This document shows positions 20,431-33,138 of a DNA stretch of 64,000 nt, piece by piece. The position numbers and the translations under genes are program-made. Origin of the DNA: an uncultured bacterium (GTDB taxonomy: Bacteria > Oederibacteriota > PGYV01 > CAWJRG01); NCBI GenBank assembly GCA_963845185.1, contig CAWJRG010000009.1, positions 800,001 through 864,000 on the forward strand, given 5' to 3'. Every line of letters starts with the position of its first letter. The stretch's first letter is position 1. The notes below the pieces were generated by a model. It made no database searches, had not been told where the DNA came from, and saw only the letters and a list, made by a program, of their open reading frames with translations.

Positions 20431-23400
20431 TTATTTTAATATAATAATCGTATCTGTCCTGGAGCCTACCTTTACCCCGCTTTTTTCCCCAATTACCATG
20501 TAATAATATGTTCCGGGACTCAGGCCGCCAAGCACGTTGCTGTCGCATGTCAAAACCACTCCGCCTTCCGCCTGTTCCACATTTTGTCCCGTTCCATCAA
20601 ATGTCTCTTCCCTTATAAGCCTGTAAGCCTCTGTATATATTTTCAGTATTATGCTGTTTACATTATTTGGCGCTACATTAACCATGATTTTTAATTGTTC
20701 TATCTCCGGGTTTATGGGATTCGGATACGGCATTAAATGCCCTACCGTCAGCGGCCCTGACAACACCGCTGCCGGCATATTTGTTGCCGTAAGCGTAGGT
20801 GTTCCTGTCACTACGGGTGACTGTGTACTTGTCTGTGTTATGGTCGGCGTGCCTGTAAGCGACGGCGTACCTGTAATTGTCGCTGTAACCGTAGGCGTCG
20901 GCGTGTTTGTCGGCGTGCCTGTAAGCGATGGTGTGCCTGTAATTGTCGCTGTAACCGTAGGCGTCGGCGTGTTTGTCGGCGTGCCTGTAAGCGATGGTGT
21001 GCCTGTAATTGTCGCTGTAACCGTAGGCGTCGGCGTGTTTGTCGGCGTTTGAGTTATTGTGAAAGTCGTGGTATTAGTCGGCGTTGATGTCTGTGAAACA
21101 TATGGCGTAATGGTCGGTGAAGGACATGCCCCGAACTTTTGGATCCTGTAATTGTTTGTATCCGCTACGTACACGTCTCCGCTGCTGTCTGTTGCCAGCC
21201 CGTATGGACTGAAAAACTGCCCATTGTTTCCACCCATGATGCCCCATTCTGTCATAAATGTGCCTGTACTGCTGAATTCCTGTATCCTGTTATTGCCCTC
21301 GTCCGAGACATACACGTTTCCGCTGCTGTCGCATGCCACTCCGGTAGGATAATGAAATTGCCCGGGGTTTGATCCTGAACTGCCCCACTGCGTGATATAT
21401 ACGCCTGAGCCTGTGAATTTCTGTACTGTATCAATGCTTATATCTGAAACATACACGTTACCGCTTCCGTCCACTGCTATGCCTTCAGGCTCGACAAACT
21501 GGCCATTGCCCAGCCCCGGAGTGCCCCATTGCGCTATATATGCGCCTGTGCTGCTGAATTCTTCCACCCTGCTGTTCATAGAATCTGTGACATACACATT
21601 TCCGCTGTTATTATCCACTGCAATACCGTAAGGTGAGCTGAACTGGCCGTTCCCGCTTCCGGCGCTTCCCCACTGTGCGGCATATGCGCCGTTGCTTGTG
21701 AATTCCTGTATCCTGTTATTTTTATAATCCGTGACATATACGTTTCCGTTGCTGCCTACAGCCACCCCGCTGGGTTCACTAAACTGGCCGTTGCCGCTTC
21801 CCGGACCGCCCCACTGCGTTATAAAAGTGCCTGTGCTGCTGAATGCCTGGATGCTGTTATTAAACCAGTCCACGACATACACATTTCCGCTGTTATTGTC
21901 CACTGCCGCTGAAAAAGGAGCGATAAACTGCCCGTTTTTGGCCCCATAACTTCCCCATTTTGTAATATAGCACGGCGCAGGGCCTGATGATACCATAGTA
22001 GCAGTATAGGTTATTGTGGGTGACACTACAGGTGACTGTGTGGCCGACACCGTGATTATAGGTGTTATTGTAACTGTCATTGTATACGGGGCAATAGTCT
22101 GTGTTGGTGAAATAGTCGGCGATACAACCGGCGTAGGGCTTGCGCACACGCCGAACTCCTGTATCCTGTTATTCTGGCTGTCTGCAACAAATATATCTCC
22201 GGCGCTGTCTATTGCCACGCCATTGGCGCCGTGAAACTGCCCGTTGTTGAGCCCAAGGCCTCCCCATTGCGTGATATACACGCCGCTGCTTGTGAATTCC
22301 TGTACCCTGTTGTTATTCCAGTCGCCAATATAAATGTTTCCATTGCTGTCCATTGCTATTCCGGCAGGCCCGTTGAACTGCCCCGGGTTTGTTCCGCTGC
22401 TGCCCCACTGGGTTAAATAAGTGCCTGTGGCTGTGAATTCTTCCACCCTGTTATTCTGGAAGTCTGTAATATATAAAGTTCCGCTGCTGTCTATTACTAT
22501 ATTGGAAGGATACTCAAACTGTCCGTTGCCTGCGCCGTAACTACCCCATCGTCTTATGTATGTGCCTGTACTGCTGAATTCCTGGATTCTGCTGTTATTA
22601 TAATCCGCGACATATACGTTTCCGCTGCTGTCCAGCGCAATTCCTTCAGGATATTCAAACTGCCCGTTGCCGTTTCCTGTGGTACCCCATTGCGTGATAT
22701 ATGCACCTGAACCTGTAAATTCCTGTATTCTGTTATTCTGCATGTCCGAGACATACACGTTTCCGCTGCTGCCTATGGCTATTCCCGTAGGCTCATAAAA
22801 CTGCCCGTTGCCGGTCCCGGAACCGCCCCATTGCGTTATATACATTCCCGTATTGCTGAATTCCCGAATCCTGTTATTCATCTCGTCTGCAATATACACG
22901 TTCCCATTGCTGTCCAACGCTACGCCATTGGGCCAGTCAAACTGGCCGTTGCCTGTTCCTAAACTGCCCCATTTTGTGATAAAGCATGGAGTCGGACCTG
23001 ATACCAGAGTTGCAGTGAAAGTCGGCGATATTGTAGATGTGCAAGTGGTGCTCGGTGTTATTGTAAAAGTCGCGCTTACGGTACGGGTTGGAGTAACAGA
23101 CAGAGTAGCTGTATTTGACAGTGTACACAAACAGGTATTCGTATATGTGCCTGTTGCCGATATTGTGATTGTTAATGTGGGAGTGCTTGTCGGAGTGTTT
23201 GTAAATGTGCTTAAAACAGACGGAGTACCTGTCCCTGTAGGAGTAGTTGTGTACGTACACATGCAGGCATTTGTCAATGTGGCCGTGGGTGATATTATGA
23301 TTGTTTGCGTATTTGTCATTGTCCGTGTCGGGGATGCTGTAAAAGTCGGAGTTGATGTCGCCGAAGGGCAAATTCCGAATTTTTGGATCCTGTCATTCTG

Positions 23401-24291
23401 AGTGTCTGCAACATACACGTTAAAATTGCTGTCTACTATCACTCCGGCAGGATATTCAAACTGTCCGTTAGCGGTTCCTTGATTTCCCCATTGTGTTATA
23501 TATACGCCTGTGCTGTCAAATTCCTGGATCCTGTTATTCTGCTGGTCCGCGACATATACGTTAGAATTATTGTCTACTGCTATTCCATAAGGATACTCAA
23601 ACTGACTGCTGCCGCTTCCCTGAATTCCCCATTGTGCAATATATACGCCCGCACTGCTGAATTTTTGAATCCTGTAATTAGCAGAATCCGAGACATACAC
23701 GTTTCCGTTGCTGTCTACTGCCACTCCATGAGGATTATAAAACTGGCCGTTGGCGGTTCCACTGACATACCCGGGAGTGCCCCATTGTGTTATGTATGCA
23801 CCTGCACTGCTGAATTCCTGGATTCTGTTATTGCCATTGTCCGCGACATACACATCACCGCTGCTGTCTGTTGCTACTCCAATAGGCAAATTAAACTGGC
23901 CGTTGCCGTTTCCATAATTACCCCATTGTGTTAAATATGTCCCTGTATTGCTATATTCATATATTCCGTTATTAATATAATCTGAAACATACACGTTTCC
24001 ACTACCGGCTATTGCTATTCCCAAAGGATAAGAAAGTTGCCCGCTGCCAAATTGGGTTATGTAAGCGCCTGTGTTGCTGAATTCCTGGATTCTGCTATTA
24101 GCTGAGTCTGCGACATACACGTTCCCGCTGTTATCCACTGCTACTCCATAAGGATAATTACTAAACTGCCCGTTACCGGTTCCAAAACTTCCCCAGGCAA
24201 GGATGAAACAAGGCGGCGATGCAGCCGCGCTATAGGAGCTCATTATAAAAACGGATAAAAGAAACAGAAAATATTTCAGTGATTTTTTCAA
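20431..24291 (-). CDS. Secreted protein with three NHL-repeat propellers, Thr/Pro-rich linkers and a C-terminal sorting-like domain
   Basis: Repeats GQF..P.GIAVDSSGNVYVAD..NNRIQEF in three blocks; TPT-rich linkers; C-terminal YPNP...IYT..YRLI...GTYYY. Confidence 0.85.
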   Translation of the reverse strand: MKKSLKYFLFLLSVFIMSSYSAAASPPCFILAWGSFGTGNGQFSNYPYGVAVDNSGNVYVADSANSRIQEFSNTGAYITQFGSGQLSYPLGIAIAGSGNVYVSDYINNGIYEYSNTGTYLTQWGNYGNGNGQFNLPIGVATDSSGDVYVADNGNNRIQEFSSAGAYITQWGTPGYVSGTANGQFYNPHGVAVDSNGNVYVSDSANYRIQKFSSAGVYIAQWGIQGSGSSQFEYPYGIAVDNNSNVYVADQQNNRIQEFDSTGVYITQWGNQGTANGQFEYPAGVIVDSNFNVYVADTQNDRIQKFGICPSATSTPTFTASPTRTMTNTQTIIISPTATLTNACMCTYTTTPTGTGTPSVLSTFTNTPTSTPTLTITISATGTYTNTCLCTLSNTATLSVTPTRTVSATFTITPSTTCTSTISPTFTATLVSGPTPCFITKWGSLGTGNGQFDWPNGVALDSNGNVYIADEMNNRIREFSNTGMYITQWGGSGTGNGQFYEPTGIAIGSSGNVYVSDMQNNRIQEFTGSGAYITQWGTTGNGNGQFEYPEGIALDSSGNVYVADYNNSRIQEFSSTGTYIRRWGSYGAGNGQFEYPSNIVIDSSGTLYITDFQNNRVEEFTATGTYLTQWGSSGTNPGQFNGPAGIAMDSNGNIYIGDWNNNRVQEFTSSGVYITQWGGLGLNNGQFHGANGVAIDSAGDIFVADSQNNRIQEFGVCASPTPVVSPTISPTQTIAPYTMTVTITPIITVSATQSPVVSPTITYTATMVSSGPAPCYITKWGSYGAKNGQFIAPFSAAVDNNSGNVYVVDWFNNSIQAFSSTGTFITQWGGPGSGNGQFSEPSGVAVGSNGNVYVTDYKNNRIQEFTSNGAYAAQWGSAGSGNGQFSSPYGIAVDNNSGNVYVTDSMNSRVEEFSSTGAYIAQWGTPGLGNGQFVEPEGIAVDGSGNVYVSDISIDTVQKFTGSGVYITQWGSSGSNPGQFHYPTGVACDSSGNVYVSDEGNNRIQEFSSTGTFMTEWGIMGGNNGQFFSPYGLATDSSGDVYVADTNNYRIQKFGACPSPTITPYVSQTSTPTNTTTFTITQTPTNTPTPTVTATITGTPSLTGTPTNTPTPTVTATITGTPSLTGTPTNTPTPTVTATITGTPSLTGTPTITQTSTQSPVVTGTPTLTATNMPAAVLSGPLTVGHLMPYPNPINPEIEQLKIMVNVAPNNVNSIILKIYTEAYRLIREETFDGTGQNVEQAEGGVVLTCDSNVLGGLSPGTYYYMVIGEKSGVKVGSRTDTIIILK
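20842..21047. repeat. 66-bp tandem repeat (about 3 copies) encoding TNTPTPTVTATITGTPSLTGTP
   Basis: Direct repeats visible in both DNA and protein. Confidence 0.85.
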
Positions 24292-24577
24292 ATTAAATAC
24301 CTCCGTCCTGTATTTGTATGTGGAGCCCCCCCGCCTTCACAGGCAGGGCACCTTTAAAAAAATCTCATATGCTCCCTTCCCGGAGCGGCCAGATATCCCA
24401 CTGGGATATCTTCCTGTCCCCGCCTGACATCGGCTGAGCTCAGTCGAAACCCTACCGGCGGGGATTTTCGCGGAGTGGGATTAAAATCTTGATGCCAAAT
24501 TCGTAATTACGCATTAGACGCAAAATCTATAATTTAGTTTACCAGGGCGTCAATGTTTGTATTTGGCATTCAGATTG

Positions 24578-25484
24578 GCACATTCAATGTTTAAGTGCAA
24601 CACAACTGATTAAAAACTTCGTTTGGCGTTTTCCAATTTAAACATTTTCTCGGTAGATTGTTAAGCCAATTTTCAAGTTCTTGAATCTTTGCATTGCTTA
24701 TCTTATCAAAGTCTGTACCTTTCGGGTATATCCTTCTTGCAAGCCCTATTGTATTTTCTACGGTTCCTTTTTCATAAGGCTTGCCTTCGTGACAAAAGAA
24801 CGACTTACATCCCAACTCTTTATTGATCTTTTCGTGTTCCTACATTTTCCTTGCCGTTATCGTATGTTATCGATAATCTTGCTTCTTCGGGAACCGTTCT
24901 TAACGAATCTCTTATGTTTTTACTATTGCGTGCTGCCGTTATCTTATTTGTCTTTCTTACCTTGGTCAATCTTGTCTTTCTTTCTACTGTAAATGTTAAT
25001 CCTGAATCTTTTTGTTTCAAGCCCATCATTGTATCGCTTTCCCAATGTCCTATCTTTTTACGCCTCTCTATGTATTTTGGTCTTAAATCTATTAATATTC
25101 TATTGGGTATATGTGTCTTTCTATGGGTTCTCCGTTGTCCCTTCATATGCCTTTTAATATGGCCTCTTGGTAACTTACACCTTAAATCCAGCCTTTGTTT
25201 GTATACAAAACCATATATTGTTTCTGGACTTACATGTTTCCCAGGGTATTCTTCGTTCAGACGTCCGGATATCCTTTCCGGCGTCCAATTGTTTTCTATC
25301 TTACCAACTACATAATTCTGTACTTCTTTATCTCTGATTCTTCCTTGCGGATGTTTTATTCGTCTTTTATAGTTATAGTGTGCTCTCTTGGGAACATATC
25401 TTCCGTCTATATCCGAATTTCTGTTAATTTCTCTGTAAATGGTTGATCTGTTTCTCTCTAATTCATCTGCTATTTCTGTCCATT
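24578..25484 (-). pseudogene. IS30-family transposase remnant (5'-truncated, frameshifted)
   Basis: IADELERNRSTIYREINRN HTH, WTPERI, GHWESDT, SITYDNGKE, EKGTVENTIG, LNNLPRKCLNWKTP; frameshift near 24820; only one terminal-repeat-like end seen. Confidence 0.85.
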
Positions 25485-25566
25485 CCCCATTCCCTATTCT
25501 CTATTCCCGATTCCCTTCTCACTTCAAGCAGGCACAAGGCAAGTCTTACACTATCTTTCGCTTATT

Positions 25567-27789
<2,223 letters not shown>

Positions 27790-27872
27790 TTATTTTATTA
27801 TAATTCATCCCACCAGCTGAAGTTGGGGGATTTCTTTCTGGATTGAAAATAGATATAATATAGCATAGATTC

Positions 27873-28229
27873 CTACGGCTTCAGCAATATCCTGCCATAC
27901 GCCACAAACGCGGCAAGGATGGCTGGCACCACACCCCAGAGCATGCCCGGAAACCCGGCATACTGGGCGAAAAGCACACAGCCGGACAAAGCATATACGG
28001 CCAGGCAGATTGCCGAGATGGAGACCAGTTTGCGCAGCGGCTTAATTATGCCGGGTATGACCAATCCCAATGCAAATAAAACCTGGAGCGCGCCAATGGC
28101 CAGCCATACAGGCCTGGGCAGATTAACCGTGGCTGCCTGCAGATTTTTAAAATTTTGCGCTGTGTATATCCCGCCAATCACGTTCCAGAGAGCCAGCAGG
28201 ATTTGAAGAACCCATAACAGGATGTTCAT
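27873..28229 (-). CDS. DoxX-like membrane protein
   Basis: Likely start MNILLWVLQILLA after AAGGAG; four hydrophobic segments. Confidence 0.7.
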   Translation of the reverse strand: MNILLWVLQILLALWNVIGGIYTAQNFKNLQAATVNLPRPVWLAIGALQVLFALGLVIPGIIKPLRKLVSISAICLAVYALSGCVLFAQYAGFPGMLWGVVPAILAAFVAYGRILLKP

Positions 28230-28442
28230 ATACTTACTCCTTATCCGCCGGCGTACAGCCGGCATGGTTTTATGATAAAATTTATCCACCTGCGCAGAAC
28301 ACCACGCGCATACGCGTGGGGCTCCAGTGGCTGAATTATGGCATGTTAATACAGGTTTGCGTAACAGCGGCATTCCGCTTTAAATTGACATATTTCTATT
28401 TCAATTTTAAAAAAATGGGGTAACTAAGACAGGTTCAGGCTC

Positions 28443-28640
28443 TTATTTTGTCCCAATAGCTGCTGCCGGTGTTTTTTTTACAGGGACTGGTGTTTTTATT
28501 ACTTTTTTTCTCGCCTTGACTTTTGTAATTTTCTTCACATGTGCCGCGCTCCCTGCTGCCGGCGTCGCTGCCGGTGATGCCGCGAATGCCATTGAGGCCG
28601 CGAACACTGCTGCTAATAACGCTATTATGGTTTTTTTCAT
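28443..28640 (-). CDS. Small secreted basic protein
   Basis: MKKTIIALLAAVFAASMAFA signal peptide, Lys-rich tail, RBS AAGGAG. Confidence 0.6.
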   Translation of the reverse strand: MKKTIIALLAAVFAASMAFAASPAATPAAGSAAHVKKITKVKARKKVIKTPVPVKKTPAAAIGTK

Positions 28641-28689
28641 GACTATTTCTCCTTTTCCGGGCTTTGCCCGCGTTTTATCAGAAATGCGT

Positions 28690-29838
28690 TCAGAAAACCT
28701 GGAACTCCCATATGGAAATGCCGCCGCCTGCTGAATCCGTGTCAGTGGCAAACACCCTTATATACCGGCCCGATGCTGACAATCCGGTAAATACGCTGGC
28801 AGCATTATTGCCAGGCCCTGTTGCCGTTATAAAATCCGTCCATGTAATTGTGTCATTTGAAGACTGTACATAGAAAGTCGTTGCAGGAGATGACAGCCAG
28901 TATATATTTACCTGGCTTATGCTGTAGACAGCTCCAAGGTCGACATATATCCAGTTCGGGTAGGTTGTGGTAGCTTCCCATGCTGTCAGCATGTTTCCGT
29001 CAACTGCGTTTGCAGCCGTCTGCCCGTTTTGAAAATCAGAGGCAACCGCAGGTTTGCCCTGGGATAACGGATTCCCCACTCCATAATTCACGTCCCAGCT
29101 GGCAGTATATACCGCACGTATCCCGCTCGCCGGATCCAGATTTGATGATAATGTCCCGTTATAACCATTCACCTGCAGGTCCACTGCGTACACTCCGTCA
29201 TCTCCGGGATAGTAACCGCCTGCAATATTCACGCTGCCGCTGGTCCCGTAGGCGTTCCATATGCCGGTGGTTACAGGATTCGTAACGGTTGCAAGGCCGG
29301 TTCCGCCGTACATCCACGTAATAGTGTAGCCGTCTGCGCTCATGACAGCGTTTCCCGGCGTTATTGCTGTTTCCGTATAATCAATCCCCTGATAGTTATA
29401 ATCCACTTTATATGTATCTCCCGGTATATAGGTATATGTCCCGGAAGAGTCGGCAGCTTCATAATCCTGGTTTGAGCTGACATAGGCGAGCGCTATTGGC
29501 GATGTCATCGCCGTGGTATCCTGCACTGTAATACTGGCTGAGCCTGACATCAGGATGCCGTTCACTGAAATTGACACGGCATAATGGGCGCTGCACTGCC
29601 CGCTTCCGTTATCCGAGCCGATCAGGTCCGCGCTCAGAAGCACATCCGGGGTCGGTGTTGGCGTTATTGTGGCTGTCGGCGTGATTGTGGCTGTCGCCAT
29701 CTTCGTAACCGTGGCTGTTGCAGCCGCCTTGCCCGCAGCCGGAGGAGCTGTGGGCGGCTTTACATTTTCGCACCCGATTAAGGCCAGTATTGAAATAATC
29801 AATGCCGTAATAAATACCGGTACAATTTTATTTTTCAT
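28690..29838 (-). CDS. Lipoprotein with C-terminal F5/8 type C (discoidin/CBM32) domain
   Basis: Lipobox LIGC, TPT linker, NAVDGN..TAW, WIYVDLG, GRYIRV, SIWEFQVF. Confidence 0.8.
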   Translation of the reverse strand: MKNKIVPVFITALIISILALIGCENVKPPTAPPAAGKAAATATVTKMATATITPTATITPTPTPDVLLSADLIGSDNGSGQCSAHYAVSISVNGILMSGSASITVQDTTAMTSPIALAYVSSNQDYEAADSSGTYTYIPGDTYKVDYNYQGIDYTETAITPGNAVMSADGYTITWMYGGTGLATVTNPVTTGIWNAYGTSGSVNIAGGYYPGDDGVYAVDLQVNGYNGTLSSNLDPASGIRAVYTASWDVNYGVGNPLSQGKPAVASDFQNGQTAANAVDGNMLTAWEATTTYPNWIYVDLGAVYSISQVNIYWLSSPATTFYVQSSNDTITWTDFITATGPGNNAASVFTGLSASGRYIRVFATDTDSAGGGISIWEFQVF

Positions 29839-29839
29839 A

Positions 29840-30835
29840 TTAAAATTCCTCCTTTGCAAATATCATCATGCCGATACCTGACGAAACCGGCCCCACTTTT
29901 ATATCAGCAGGATACACCCAGTGCAGGCAGAAATAATCCAGCGCTGTATACGCAAGCGCCGCGCCTGCCAGGCACGTACCTATGACCAGCGGCGTCTTCT
30001 TGTCATCCACTGTTTTTTCCATGGAAAGAAGCTGGTTATAGTTTGTACCTTCGGCGTTGTTCAGTACGCTGTAACTTTTGTTGTAATTACCCGCGGCTGT
30101 CCTCTGGTCATTGACCGCGTAAGCACCGTAAGCAACCAGCGCGACGTCAAGCGCGTCCAAGCCCATGCACCCCCAGCATATCCCGTTTTGCTTTTTTTCA
30201 GGCGCTGCGGTTACGGGCGCTGCTATTTCTGGTTTTTTCTCCTGTGTTTCCGCTATTATTAATTTCTTTTCCATGGTTTTCCCCGTAATCTTCACTTCTA
30301 TCCTTCTGTTCGCGCTTCTTCCTTCCGGTGTTGAATTATCTGCCAGGAAATTGACCGGCCCGAGCCCTTTAATGACAAAATCTTTTTCTGCCAGGCCCCT
30401 TTCCCTGAGCTTGTCAAGGATATATGCCATGACCGAACCTGCCCTTTTTTCCGATAACTTTATATTATACGCTTTTCTCCCCCTGTCGTCCGTATAGCCG
30501 TCTATCTGTATCACCGGCTTTTCTTTTTTATCCAGGAAATCTCCTATTATGGCCGTAACTTCTTCCAGTTTAGGATAAGCCTCTTCGGGTATTTCCGCGC
30601 TGTTTTTCGCAAATGTCAGCCCGTAAATCGTCAACCCGCTTTCAGCAGCAGCGCCCTGGGCCGTAGCAGTAGTGCCCTGGGCTGCTATGGTAGTACCCTC
30701 CTGGGCAGTTATGGTAATATCCTGGGCTGTTGCAGTAATCCCGGAAGCCTGCGCAGCAGGCGTGACATCCCCGGCAAAAGCACAAACAGAAAATAAAGAC
30801 AGGATTATAAACAAAGCAATTTTTTTTCCTTTCAT
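29840..30835 (-). CDS. OmpA-like peptidoglycan-binding domain protein (cassette copy A)
   Basis: IQIDGYTDDRG..YNIKLSEKRA, NSTPEGRSANRRIE. Confidence 0.85.
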   Translation of the reverse strand: MKGKKIALFIILSLFSVCAFAGDVTPAAQASGITATAQDITITAQEGTTIAAQGTTATAQGAAAESGLTIYGLTFAKNSAEIPEEAYPKLEEVTAIIGDFLDKKEKPVIQIDGYTDDRGRKAYNIKLSEKRAGSVMAYILDKLRERGLAEKDFVIKGLGPVNFLADNSTPEGRSANRRIEVKITGKTMEKKLIIAETQEKKPEIAAPVTAAPEKKQNGICWGCMGLDALDVALVAYGAYAVNDQRTAAGNYNKSYSVLNNAEGTNYNQLLSMEKTVDDKKTPLVIGTCLAGAALAYTALDYFCLHWVYPADIKVGPVSSGIGMMIFAKEEF

Positions 30836-30855
30836 AAAAGCCTCCTATTTTTTTC

Positions 30856-30959
30856 ACACCGCTTTATAGCGTTTGTTTTGTCAAGCTTCCCAGCGCAGAC
30901 AAAACATTACGCTATAAAGTACCCGCTCAAGTCTCGAGCTTGCGAGAGACAAGAGGTGT
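30856..30959 (-). ncRNA. Candidate structured 5' leader (copy A)
   Basis: Predicted 3-way junction just upstream of the RBS; conserved at 35455-35558. Confidence 0.45.
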
Positions 30960-30987
30960 TGATAATTTTTCCAAATTCGTAGATACA

Positions 30988-31016
30988 ATTATATCTTTGC
31001 TTTATGTCTTTGTCAA
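30988..31016 (-). promoter_or_regulatory. Consensus sigma70 promoter of OmpA cassette A
   Basis: TTGACA-17 nt-TATAAT. Confidence 0.85.
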
Positions 31017-31079
31017 TTACGGAAGGAGTGAATTTAATTGAAAATTGAAAATTCTTGATTGAATTACCTCCGACTTCCA

Positions 31080-32705
31080 GACTGTGTCATAAGTCTCCGT
31101 CCACAGCTGATTGCCGTAGGTAAATTAAAAAATCTACAAAATATCCTGTTTTATACAAAAAACCTGCGTGGCCCGATGTTTCTTGCTATCCAAGCTGCGC
31201 AATCAACTCCCTGACACCTACAATGCTTATCATTCGAGCCATATTGAAACAACTTGTGAACAACGCCATCTCAGCTCTTGCTCCTTCAAGCCCTCGCAGC
31301 AGAAACCCGCTTACTCCAAGATTTCTTTTAATATGTCCGAACGGCAACTCTGCTTTCTCTTTTCTCAACTTGAAAATATCCTGCGATTCTTTTGTTTTAT
31401 ATTTTTCTTCAAGCAATATTTTTAGTTCTTCGTTTTTTAGCCTCTTTATCATTCTGCCCTTCGGAGACCGGGTGCATACTCCAAAGTTTTTACATTCTAT
31501 ACAAGCCTTTTCTTCAGTAGACCTATATACTTCAAGATTCTTTTTTTTATCAAAACTATGCCATGTCAATATCTGTCCTTCGGGACAAGTGTAGGTATCT
31601 TTCTCTGAATCGTATTGGAATTTATCTTTCCCAAACGGCCCGATGTCTTTTTTCTCTACCTGTTCCTGAGAAGGTACTATTACATTTATGTCTTTGTCGT
31701 GTATCTTTTTCATTTCTTCTATGCTGGCATATCCGGCATCCCCACACGCATTTTTGCATTTGTTTTCAACTGTTTTCGCCGCTTCTTCAATCTGACTCCC
31801 GAATTGCTTGCGGTCATTGCTTTCGTTTACTACGTCGCTATGCACTATCAGTCCGTGTCTTTCATCTACCACTATCTGCCCGTTATATCCCGCATGCGTT
31901 CCCTGACGCCCTTTTACTTTCACGCATTCCTTGTCTGTCGTATTTATCGACTTTTTCCCCTCGTTCCTTATTTCTTCCATTACCTCTTTTATCTTTGCTT
32001 TTAATTTCTCTTTGCCTCTTAATTTTTCCTTCATCTTTACCAGTGATTCAGCGCCGCTTTCTTCCTCGTCTATCTTTTCGCTCTCCTTTATTATCGCTTC
32101 TATGTTTTCTTCTATCTTCTTTATCCTTTTTTCACACCGCTCCATTGTCCATGTGTTATTTATCGACGCGTTCGCCCTTATCTTGCTCCCGTCTACAAAT
32201 AGCGTGTTTCCTTCTATCAATCCCAGTTTCATACACATCTTTGCGCTTTGTTTCATCACGTTTTTCAACATTTCCCGGTTGTCTTTTCGAAACCTTGCTA
32301 TTGTTTTATGATCCGGCTTCAATCCTCCCAGCAGCCACATAAAAGACACATTATGATGCGTCGCTCTTTCCAGTTTTCTCGAACTTCGTGTCCCGTATGA
32401 ATATCCGTATACCAGCAATTTTATCATAGCCTCAGGGTCGTATTCCAAATTTCCCATTTGCGTTTCATCTATTACTATCCCAAGTTCTTCCATTTTCAAC
32501 GCCTTTACGAACGCGTCGTACGCCCTTACAGGATCATCTTCCCCTACATATTCTTCTATGCTCTGCGGAAACATTGTCAACTGACTTCGGTCTCCATATC
32601 GGTATGCCATTTTTGTCTCCTTTTCTGATGTGTTTTCTGGAGACATTATACCATTTTTTATCTGTCAAATATCGTTTCAGACTACAAAAACATTATGACA
32701 CAGTC
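31080..32705 (-). mobile_element. IS1182-family insertion sequence
   Basis: Terminal inverted repeats GACTGTGTCATAA / TTATGACACAGTC enclosing the transposase. Confidence 0.85.
31186..32610 (-). CDS. IS1182-family transposase
   Basis: YDPEAMIKLLVYGY..G.RSSRKLE, PDHKTIARFR, VDGSKIRANAS, GDAGY, ELPFGHIK; likely start MAYRYG. Confidence 0.9.
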   Translation of the reverse strand: MAYRYGDRSQLTMFPQSIEEYVGEDDPVRAYDAFVKALKMEELGIVIDETQMGNLEYDPEAMIKLLVYGYSYGTRSSRKLERATHHNVSFMWLLGGLKPDHKTIARFRKDNREMLKNVMKQSAKMCMKLGLIEGNTLFVDGSKIRANASINNTWTMERCEKRIKKIEENIEAIIKESEKIDEEESGAESLVKMKEKLRGKEKLKAKIKEVMEEIRNEGKKSINTTDKECVKVKGRQGTHAGYNGQIVVDERHGLIVHSDVVNESNDRKQFGSQIEEAAKTVENKCKNACGDAGYASIEEMKKIHDKDINVIVPSQEQVEKKDIGPFGKDKFQYDSEKDTYTCPEGQILTWHSFDKKKNLEVYRSTEEKACIECKNFGVCTRSPKGRMIKRLKNEELKILLEEKYKTKESQDIFKLRKEKAELPFGHIKRNLGVSGFLLRGLEGARAEMALFTSCFNMARMISIVGVRELIAQLG

Positions 32706-33081
32706 TGGAAGTAGGAGGATTCTAAAACTTCCCCTTCCCCCTCGACGGGGGAAGGTCGGGATGAGGGTGAGGTAGCAGCTGATACTGTGTCACTTCACGC
32801 CAACATCAGATCCCAAAACTTCTTTTTCTTATTCTATCTTTTATTTTAATTTACATAGCTATTGCCGCTTCTTCACCCTCTCCTTTTTTCCTCTCCCGTC
32901 GAGGGAGAGGAGACCACCAACTTTGTTGGTGGTCAACAAGGTGGTGGGGCCTTCGCCCCCACGCCCCACCACCGACTAAAGTCAGTGGATTCGCTAGGAT
33001 TGATAATTGATGTAATTATAACCCCCCTATTTACTGCATCGTCAATTGAATGGGCTATATCTCCATCCCACATAAACAAAT

Positions 33082-33108
33082 AAGCCCGGAGTTTTCAGCC
33101 CGGGCTTT
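33082..33108 (-). terminator. Putative intrinsic terminator after the RCC1 lipoprotein gene
   Basis: AAGCCCGG...CCGGGCTT hairpin flanked by T/A tracts. Confidence 0.55.
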
Positions 33109-33138
33109 GTAAAATTATCTTTTTATGCAGTTACATAG

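Noticed and set aside
20842..21047. CRISPR-like array
   Set aside because: Head-to-tail in-frame coding repeats without spacers; no cas genes or CRISPR array seen in the window.
24300..24480. Riboswitch upstream of the NHL gene
   Set aside because: Hairpin-rich, but lacks cobalamin, TPP, SAM or c-di-GMP consensus motifs; better explained by palindromic repeats.
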